From contig CM082582.2 in the NCBI GenBank assembly GCA_040954595.2, forward strand, positions 12,086,415 to 12,150,414: a stretch of 64,000 bases of DNA, in the 5' to 3' direction. Below the pieces are notes generated by a model. That model saw only the letters and a program-made list of their open reading frames with translations, did no database searches and was not told the DNA's origin. The DNA comes from Balanoglossus misakiensis. Lineage: Eukaryota; Animalia; Hemichordata. This document shows, in pieces, positions 37,779 to 47,500 of the stretch. The translations under genes were made by a program, and so were the position numbers. Each line of letters starts with the position of its first letter. The first letter of the stretch is position 1.

Positions 37779-39587
37779 TTACTGAGTTTCCATCACTGCA
37801 TTGAGCTGTTTGAAGAGGTTAAAAGCCCTCGGACAATCACTCAGAACTTCTCTATGAACCCATCCTGGATCGACGTCTTGTCCCCGTTTGGTTGTTGCGT
37901 TTATGCGATGAAGCAAGGTGCCGTGGTACAGTTTGGTGGCGTCTGGGACTGGATAGGGTCGGTTGATCAGGGCGTTCAGTTGCGTTGCATAGGCCATACA
38001 GCTGTGCCACTGTGCGAATGCCTGCACTGCGGTCAAATCCAACCTTGGTGGAAGGTCGTCAAGGTTGTCAGTGCTGCCTTCCGTATTTTCCTCGTCTCTG
38101 AACTGACCAATTGCGATACCGAGCAGCAGTACACGCATCAGGTGGCGAGTGGCCGCCGGATCCGCATTTGCCATCCAGTAGATTGTGGTGGCAACCGGCA
38201 ACTTCAAGTCTTCTGGAAGATCTTGCAGGCGACCTTGATCTACGTTCAGAACTTCCATGATCAGTCTCCGTCGGTCTTCCTCACCGAGACCAGTGACTCT
38301 TTCTATGTCCGGAAGCTGGCCAAACTCAGGCAATGAAGCCAGGGTCGGTGTTTGCCGGCTGCGTGCCTTCTCGCCTTCTCGATCTATCTCGACGACTTCG
38401 TTCTGTCCATCTTCGGCGGCCAACTGTTCACCCTCCAGACTGCCCCCAGCTCGCTGCAGCAGAATGCCGTAGATGACCTGTCTGATCCGTTTAGACGCCT
38501 GGTTGCACGACTTCTTCGTGCTGTCTTCAACAAAAGCGACAAGAAAGTTCTTGCTTTGGTATTTTATATTCATGAAAGTGGGTGGCAACAGTCCCTGGCG
38601 GTAGAACTCGACACACCATCGGGGAAGTGACCATACAGGGATCTCAGGCAAGGCGCCCCCATCTTCTAAATAAGCCTGAAATTTCGACTCTCCGGGTACT
38701 TTGTAAATCTCTATTGATCGGTCCATCTGATCAACTGTAGTACCTCTCAAAGTAGTCGCCATTGTACTGTACAGACCATCATATGACTTTTGCTTTCCTA
38801 CCCACGTAATGATACGTGGAACGCGAACATCAGGTCTACTAGGAATGCCCGTTTCACGATTGATCCTGCTAAGGTATAGTTTATTAAAAGCCTTCCCTTC
38901 GATGTAATCGTTGCCGAGCAAGGTGGCCAACAGGGGGAGCATCTCTCTTTCCATTCCGAAACGGCGACAGAAGTCTTGGGCTTTGAAGATTTTGCACTTC
39001 ACTTCATTAGGTCCGGCACCGCCTTCGTCAACATTCACTTCTTTCCAAAGAAGATGATTGATTGGTATGTAGCCACCCTTTATGTCGAAGATGAAGAAAT
39101 CGCTGTCCTCGCTAACTACAGGGCATCCCCACCTGTTCGCCAGGGCTGCGATATCGACGTCGGCCTCGAAGTCGCAGGCGACAAACGGGATATCAAGATC
39201 CCGGACCACTTTGATGAATACATCGGTAGCGAAGGCCGGTCGGAGGCGTCGTCCGACATCACTCTGGCCCTTGCTGATTTCGACGGAGTTGTCAACTTTC
39301 CGTTGAGCGCGTTGCATCAAAGTTTTGAGCTTCTCGTCTTCAAGATCGTCTGCTCCGTCGTAAAGCACGTAGGGTTTGACACCACAATGCAAGAGGGCAC
39401 GAAAGAACTTGGTACACTTATCTTTGAACGCCCTGTAGTCACCACCATGCCGAAAATCAACACCCATCTCGAAGAAGAGGATGTGTGCAAGACCCTTGCC
39501 GTCGATGACGACACGAGTTTCCCGCAGTCTGTGGTCTTGCAGGATACCAGGGGTTCCATAAACGTATGTGGTCAGACCTCGCACCAT
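37779..39587 (-). CDS. Asteroid homolog 1-like nuclease, copy B, 602 aa, intronless CDS
   Basis: Collinear paralog of copy A: MVRGLTTYV, VIDG, YDGA, EADVDI, SEDSDFFIFDIKGGYI, LLGNDY, FAQWHSC, LNALINRPYPVPD. The ORF is intact. Confidence 0.92.
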   Translation of the reverse strand: MVRGLTTYVYGTPGILQDHRLRETRVVIDGKGLAHILFFEMGVDFRHGGDYRAFKDKCTKFFRALLHCGVKPYVLYDGADDLEDEKLKTLMQRAQRKVDNSVEISKGQSDVGRRLRPAFATDVFIKVVRDLDIPFVACDFEADVDIAALANRWGCPVVSEDSDFFIFDIKGGYIPINHLLWKEVNVDEGGAGPNEVKCKIFKAQDFCRRFGMEREMLPLLATLLGNDYIEGKAFNKLYLSRINRETGIPSRPDVRVPRIITWVGKQKSYDGLYSTMATTLRGTTVDQMDRSIEIYKVPGESKFQAYLEDGGALPEIPVWSLPRWCVEFYRQGLLPPTFMNIKYQSKNFLVAFVEDSTKKSCNQASKRIRQVIYGILLQRAGGSLEGEQLAAEDGQNEVVEIDREGEKARSRQTPTLASLPEFGQLPDIERVTGLGEEDRRRLIMEVLNVDQGRLQDLPEDLKLPVATTIYWMANADPAATRHLMRVLLLGIAIGQFRDEENTEGSTDNLDDLPPRLDLTAVQAFAQWHSCMAYATQLNALINRPYPVPDATKLYHGTLLHRINATTKRGQDVDPGWVHREVLSDCPRAFNLFKQLNAVMETQ

Positions 39588-40506
39588 TTTTTTTATCTTC
39601 AGCGACTTTCCGCAATTCGGATCGACAATCTATGGCTTTTCGCAGTCACCCGTCTTTAAAAAATCTGTTGAATGACAGAAAATGGCGGAGCATTGAAATA
39701 AAAATCAAACATACAAAGTTTTGCAAGTACAGACAACAAACAACCGAAATGTGGTTAGGCCTATATAAAATAGAACAAGACGGACGTACTATTGTGCGCA
39801 TAAGCTTATATATTTCATGATTCTGCTGACTCCAACACGAACTAAGCTACCCTCAACATTTTGCAACAGAAGAATGGACATGTGCAGGCCTGGGACATAA
39901 TGGACATGTGCAACTCTACATCTCTATGTTAATCGGATGGCAAATTTTAAACGTGTATTTTAGCGTGTGCTTTGGTACAAAAAAGAAATACCTGTAGCAT
40001 TTTCACTGATCAAATTTGGTGCACTTCAAAAACATATCAATGTCAACAAGTTCATGAAATGCGCAAAAAATGACAGGATACACTCACTCAGTTAAAACAT
40101 TGCTAATTTTCAAAAGATTTGGTACTTATTGGTTATTACGAGCATTGAGGTCCATGTTACGAGTACTGCTATTGCAACATTGTCCTCTTCATGGGCAACC
40201 CATTAGGGCCTAACAGCCTAATTTGAATGTCTGCAGCTTCAAAACAACATCTGTCATATATATCTGATCGGCCATTCTCGGGAAATAAGTGTCACACACA
40301 CTCAAGCACACACCAATACATATAGGCATATGTGGCCATGAGGACTAGGCCTATATATATGATATATAACAGCCGTAACGAGAAACAAAATTATACCTTA
40401 GCGCTGAGCAGAGTGGTGATTACGACACTGCAGATCCGTCCAATATCTCGCTCGGTCAATATAGTGGCCTACCTGCGTTTGGATAGCGTCCACACACAGA
40501 CTAGCC

Positions 40507-40695
40507 TTTATATAGAGGCGATGGTTTAAAAAGCCAGAAATGACTCACAATTCGGGGAATTCTAAAACGCCCCTCGATTCTGGCTTTCGCGGAAATGAAC
40601 AATAGCCTAAAGCTATTAAAGCGTATACCTGGAAAATCCCCGCTTTTTATAGTTTAGTTACAAGGAATATAATGTCTCTAAATCACTTTCGTTTC
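40507..40695 (-). promoter_or_regulatory. Immune-type motif cluster plus TATA upstream of ASTE1 copy B
   Basis: TATATAAA (minus, 40514-40507); AP-1 TGACTCA 40541-40547; GAS TTCGGGGAA 40551-40559 overlapping kB-like GGGGAATTCT; GAS TTCGCGGAA 40586-40594; kB GGGGATTTTCC (minus, 40641-40631); ISRE GAAACGAAAGTGA (minus, 40695-40683). Confidence 0.6.
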
Positions 40696-41094
40696 TGATT
40701 TCAGAAGTCTATTATATCATGGAGGTACTAAGTACCTCTATGATTATATTAACCAAAATGTAGGATGAAGCTGATTACACACCGCCGACTTCTGCACGTC
40801 GACATTTGGAAATTTGACCAAGCTACGTACACCGAAATCGCCCGACTTTTGAGCTATTAAAGCGCCACGCCCCGACTGATTATTCTACAGCCATAATATA
40901 ACAGGAAGTAGCCTGTGTGTTGCATAGGAACGTACCCTGGCTATATAAAAACATGCCCACCTTAATTTACGTGAACTTCACCGTCTAATTAATTTTCTAC
41001 ATGCAATGCAATCTAAGTTGGTACATTTGTGAAAATGTGAAAGGAAAATTGCACAATGTATTGTGCAGCACAATGTGGCACAATACGTGGAAAC

Positions 41095-41275
41095 GTGGTA
41101 CGGTGTATTCGACTTTAATAGGACATAGATAAGCAGGATTTGACGTCGGGGTTGAATTCCCATCTCTGGCTGTGGATATGGGTTTCATAGATGACGGAAT
41201 TCAACCCCGACGTCAATCATTAAATCCCGCTTATCTATGTCCTAGCTATTTAAAGTCGAATACATTCCGTACCAC
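41095..41275. repeat. Long imperfect inverted repeat (foldback hairpin)
   Basis: Arm 41095-41165 (gtggtacggtgtattcgacttta...gacgtcggggttgaattcccatct) pairs with arm 41189-41275 (agatgacggaattcaaccccgacgtc...taaagtcgaatacattccgtaccac), around a loop of about 23 nt. Confidence 0.93.
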
Positions 41276-41519
41276 ATAAGGTACTAAAGTATCACTGAAT
41301 AAAAGGTTCAGTTGTTTATTTCCAAATACGAATACTAATAAAATATAAAATCTTTAAGAGAAAAAATAAATAAAATTTACAAAATGTCAAATACTTCTCA
41401 GAGTTTTTTTTCATGGACATGAACTAAAGAAGAACTGAAGGTTGTTCAATGATTTTGTCTGCAGTATACATTTGAATTCAAGTACACACAATGATGTTGA
41501 AAGTGGATGGTTCTGCTGA

Positions 41520-44500
41520 CTACCTCATGGCGAGAAGGACTTCATTTGCAATTTTGATCACAGAGTTGAAGTCAGCATCTAGATGAGCCCGCCAGTATCT
41601 GCGATCTCTTCCCCACACTCTGGCCGGATAACAGGGGCTTTCGATTCCATGGAAGATGCGTGCAATGGCCCTTCCGGTGAAATTCCTGTCGTGGTGAAGG
41701 CACACAAAACTTCTGATGTCTCTGCGCAATGCATCTGTATCCGGGATGCATTCCTAAAAACAGGATAGTTCAAAAATGAAAAATTAGCCCATTTAGAATG
41801 TAGGTGCCCAGTGGTACTCCATCTTAACCCTTTCACCCCCAGTTCCCTCTTTAGAGGTCCAACCTTACCATAAAAAACAATGGCTTTGGACTGAACCATG
41901 GTGGTGAAAGGGTTAAGAATGTACGATTGGTGAAACTGAAATAGTGGATGTTGGGATTCCATAAAGGTTTAATTCGACCACTGAATTTAATTTAATGAAA
42001 GATCAACTGACCTCCATTTTTATGTTACTGAAGCCATCATCATCACTGAACTCTTGTTGAAATGCCAGCCGCCCAGCCTTAGGCTGTCTCTCAAAGTATT
42101 TGCTCAGTAAGGACTTGAGAGTCTCGCTAGACTCTGTGTCCACCTCCTCACAACAGTGCCAATATTCACTGAAAGACACACTGAAATAAAAGGGAGAAAC
42201 TCAATCATCGAACATTGACATAAATGATGTTGACATAACAGTTGGATTAAACATACACTGATAAATGAAGGGCTGGTATTATCCATGGTGCTACAAAGTT
42301 TGCAGACCTCAGAATAAAACCACAGAAAATTATTTTTGGATGAGTATGAGACCAGATAAAAGGAAATCCATTCAAACATTCTGACTACATGTACATGTTG
42401 TTCAGCAAACAGCAAGTCAGCTAGATTTAGTGGTACTGCCTCCATCATTGTAATATATACACTGTTTAGTCTTTACATTTGGGGATGTGCTAGTACTGTT
42501 TGCCATGGATATATACACACCTGTGGAGTGATTTATAAACGCATTCCTGTTGATGCAATTCGGCTTTTTCTTGACCTTTGACCCTGTCAGTCAGAAAGTC
42601 ACTAACTTCGTCTAATTCACTGTCGGTCAAATCACCAGGTGCTCGGAAGTGAAACGAGAGATCTGAGAATTCCACCATCACACCACTCTTGCTACCAACA
42701 GCCTTGCCTACACATCAAAGAATATAAAAGAATGTGTCATTATAAAATTATACTTTATAAATGTAAAAATGCTGAGTTATGACTGGTTTATCTGTGCTCA
42801 CACAGACAAATCATAAGTCGACTTGATTTGTCACAAACCATATACATATCAGATTATGATAAAACATAAATCCACAGAAAAACACGGAAAGACAGCACAA
42901 AATATTACTACCTGGAGTAAGTTCATTGACCCACTGCAGTTGACGTAGCTCTCGCTTCACAGGCAAAGACTCCCAGCCCATGGAACTAGCAACCTCAATC
43001 ACAGGAAACTCTATCCTGGCATCACTGTCATGGGAAACCCCTTTCAGTCTGTCCTTAGCTATGGCGACTGCCAAGGGAGGACATTTCTTGGCAATGCTGC
43101 GTAACTGCTTGGGTCCTCCATAGCAGTTGATTGTACAGGTGGAGGTGGTTGGTTGCATGTTTTCAATCCAATTTTTTGAGTGTAGTTCCAGGTAACACAG
43201 TAGGGTTTCTATTCCTGTGATGATAGGCAGAATGAATGAATGAATGAATGAATGAATGAATGAATGAATGAATGAATGAATGAATGAATGAGTTCAGTGG
43301 CAAATACAAGTAAGTAGAAATGGTTCAGTCATTCTCAAGATCACTGATTAGGATATTTAGAGTCCAGTCCTTTTATGACCATGTGGTGGCACATTTTATC
43401 TGCATGTCCCACTCAAGTGAACATCTGCTAAATTTCCACTTTCCATAGTAACTGGTCAATTCTGCATGGGTGACCATACACCTTTAAAAGCTTACTCTCG
43501 ATCGATATAACCATACAGGAAAAATACAGGTTGAAAGTGATACGTGTACATAAAGTGAAAACTGACCTTCCTCCCTCATGTCCAAGTTTTCAACTGTATC
43601 ATCTATACACATAGCCACTTCATGTCCAGGACATATCCTCTGCTGTTTCACAGATCCCCCAGTCGATAGGCTGCCGTCTGTATCAGCAATGGATGTATCT
43701 GCAGTCACTGTTTTGCTGCCTGTTTCGCTGCCACCTGGATTGTTTGTCCCTTGACTGCAGTCTGTTCCTTGTAACATCTCCTCCTCAGTGATCTGAGAAT
43801 AATCGATGCCATCATCGGGGAATTCTTCCTCTTCAGTGTTGGCAGGGTCCTACCACAATTACAGGTTGTGGAGATAAAGACAGAGAATTCCTTTATTTGT
43901 AATAATTAACCCTTAACAAAAAGGTAACAGTCAAGCACTAAGTTCGTAAAGATGAAAACATACATTATCTTTGTGATGATTTTGCTGTTGGAGTTCATAC
44001 AGCTGTCGGCATTTGCATTTCGGAAAGCATTTTCTCACAAGCTTCTTGATGACATTCCTATCCACAGTGTTTCCGTAGGTGTGTCTGCGAATTTCTCTCA
44101 AATCACGGCCCTGTAGAACAAGTTCAACAAATATGTTTATTTCTATGAGATGATCTGCACAGGATCGGTACAAGAGCATATCTCAAGAGAGACTACATGT
44201 ACATAAAAATTGAGTAGGACCTACTCACTCTTTTCAAAACACCCAACATTACGACTCTCTTCCATATTTTTACTACTTTTTACCCCTTGAGTTTACATGT
44301 ATGTCATTGCAATTACCTCAGGATCCAGAAACAAGTGACAATGTGCAGGTTTTCCATCACGACCAGCTCTACCAATCTCCTGCACGTAATTTTCAAAACT
44401 CTTTGGAAGGTTGAAGTGGATGATGGCTCTCACATCTGACTTGTCAAGACCCATACCGAAGGCCACAGTTGCCACAACGATGCGTAGCTGACCAGACATG

Positions 44501-47500
44501 AACTGATTTTGGATTCTGCGTCGTTGAGCTGCACTCATTCCGGCATGGTAAGACTCGACACTGTTGCTGTCAACAGGTTTTCTTACAGCTGAAAAGAGTA
44601 ATAGAATTGAATCACACATTATACTAGACAGGTTTTACTTCATAGTCTTAATTTGTTTAATGTGTCAATCAAAAAAAGTAAAGTTTTCCTGGTGAATACT
44701 CACTTTTAGACTTGTTTTTTCCTTTGCCCTTGGTAGTCATATATTTCTCCTGACTTGGATTTTCACTGTCTTCAGATAGTGCCAAGGGCTTGTCAGGCAG
44801 ACAAGTACGCAACAAGGAAGCTAGTCTCTCTGTCTGTTCTCGTCTTGTGCAGTAGACGATGATAGAGTCCAGGTGACAAAACCTGTCACCTTTCAACAGG
44901 GAAACCACTGCCTGTAAATACAAAATCAGCTTTTCTTAATCAAATCGTAAGGTGTACAATTTTGTAAAACAAAACTATCATAAAATCAAACTATTACTAT
45001 GGACAATACAGTGTTCAGCTCAAACTAAGGTAGTGAAAGGGTTCTGAGTTTAAAGCAAGATTTCACCCCATTTCCCTGTGTAAGGGTCCACAAATACCAA
45101 TGAAAACAAAGGAGTTGGACTAAACCATTGCAGTGGAAGAGGTAGCGCTGCTTCCTTACCCTGTCTCTGTCAGCATCTCTTGACACTGAAAGATGCAGAT
45201 TACTAGGTACAGCTGCTCCCCTCACCACGGCATGCGAGTAATCGGTGATGCCCAAGTGTTCTGCCACACTGGTAGCTGTGGACAGAGTAGCTGTTGCTGT
45301 GAGCCCCAGGAAGCATCTCACACCTAACCTGTCCCTCAAAACCTACAACAGCAAAACAGCAAGCATTCATTTGAAGAGAGTTTTAGACAGCTAAATGGAT
45401 GTTACTTAACACATACGGGTAATAAGAGAGTGCACAAAATACCCATTAAAAATAATGACCTCATTAAAATTACAAGGTACATGTACTTCATTGTCAAGTT
45501 TTATGTCATTTCTGAAGAAGTGTATTCACAGTATTTTCTGCTGTGTGGTGTCTATGATTGTTAACACTGGTCTGAAAATACACCTACATCTTTGTTTCTA
45601 TGCCAATCACCAGACCAGCTAATTGAGCAACGAGTGATTGCATGGCCAATCCTTGCAATTAAAATATCCCTAATAACATGTTAAGCCAGCCTATTATGTG
45701 ATTGGTTAAAAGCATGGTGGTACTAAAAATATGACACCATTCCATTGGGAACTGATGTACAGCACCGTTTAGATGAATTTGAAGCTTGAACTTGTCTTAC
45801 TCATATTACAGAGAGCAATAATTGCAATTAGACTTATGCTCACTGCAACAAGCCTGTCAGTAAGATCCATCCAGCATTTCATCATTCATTTGAACTAATG
45901 CCAATTGGCAACAAGATTGTCTCAATAACGGTTGAACAACAGGATGCTGCAGGAGAACTGAACACCCCTTCTTGACGGATTCTTTACATGTGTCACCAGA
46001 AATCAGCGGCTGAACAATACATATCTGAGAGAAGGAAGTCAACTTTTGATTCTCCTGTGATTTGCACATTGTGGACCCCAGTACAGATACACAACAGTTG
46101 CAGTTCCAGAAGCCAGACTCCCTAGTTCATGTGCATGAACATTTTCACCAGCGGCAACATTGTAGAATCATCCTGTCAGCCGACATGTGTGTTCTTCGCA
46201 CGATGCAGAGTTGAAACCGCTCTAATCGTATAGCCGTGTCCATGCTGCAATACACAAGTGAGGGCTGAACATGGCCAGATTCTCACAGCCAATCAAATTA
46301 GTTCTCCGTACTCTTCACTCTGCAATGTGTAGTCCCATCGTCAGATCATATTCAATCTGAAGACTCGATATAGGCAGGATAAGGTGGAAACCATACTCAT
46401 CATCCACCAGCGATGTGCAATAACTCTTCAAACTCCTTGCCAGGGGCTGGATGTACTGGACGTTCTGAAGAACAGGCAAGCTTCCCAAATGTTATATCTG
46501 TCAAGGCTCTCATAGTGTTCACCGTAACAATTTTAATGATCTTGGGAAATCTGTTCTGTGTGGTGGTCATTCCAAGACTGAGGCAGCTACCTACTTACTC
46601 CAAACACTTCAGGTTTTCCGTGGTTCTGGCAGACTTCGCTGTAGGAGTGACTGTTTTCTCGCTGGGAATCGTTCCGAGCTTCACTGGATCATGGGCGTAC
46701 GGGCACGGCGTATGTGAGCTGCAAGTTGCTTTGACTATTGTTTTTACTGTCGCCTCGATGTATTCCATCTTAATGTTGCACATTGAGCACTACATTGCCA
46801 TCAGTCGGCCACTGCATTACAACAGGATCTTGACCACCAAGAGGTGTTGCCTGGCTTTGGCCAGTGCCTGGCTATTGTCCATCTTCTTCGCCGTCCTTGT
46901 GGTCATCTTCGGCCGGGACCAGATACAATACGATCCATCCATCTTTCTCTGCAATGCCTTCAGTGTTTACACCACCCCTTCAATGCAGCCACTCCTGTTT
47001 GTTTTCATCTGCACCACCGTCTTGCCTATTTCACTGGTAGTCGCTGTCATCAATGCCAAGATTTGTCGCATTGTCAAAAGGCACAAGACAGCCGTACATC
47101 AACAGCCCACTTATACAGATGTGGATTTTGCAGTAAATTTACAAAATGAGGGACAGAATTTTCAAAATAACGCTAATGATATGTGCTCTGCCAGACTGCC
47201 TCTGACCACAATAACATTTTGGATTTCAATGTATCCTCTACCTGTAAGTATGATATATTCCACAGCGTACGGTGGTCCAATCACCTGTAATATTTCTTTT
47301 GCTTGCTGTTGGCTATACCTGTCAAATAGTTTATGGAATGTTTTGATATATTCTGCAACAAGTAGCCAATTCTGGAGTACTTCAAGGGAGCTCATAATAT
47401 GTTTTGCAAAAACTTGTTCAAGGCACAATTCAACAGTTCCAATGACAGTAAATGTTGCAACAGTTTCTTGAAAGCAGATGGTGGATATTTTTTGTTTTAT

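Noticed and set aside
37743-39659. 197-aa and 227-aa plus-strand ORFs
   Set aside because: Antisense shadows of the ASTE1 copy B CDS, with non-ATG starts and no domain signal.
39774-40516. Possible Helitron-like interspersed repeat upstream of ASTE1 copy B
   Set aside because: The termini are only suggestive and there is no second copy in the window; it needs a genome-wide search, so it is kept only as a caveat.
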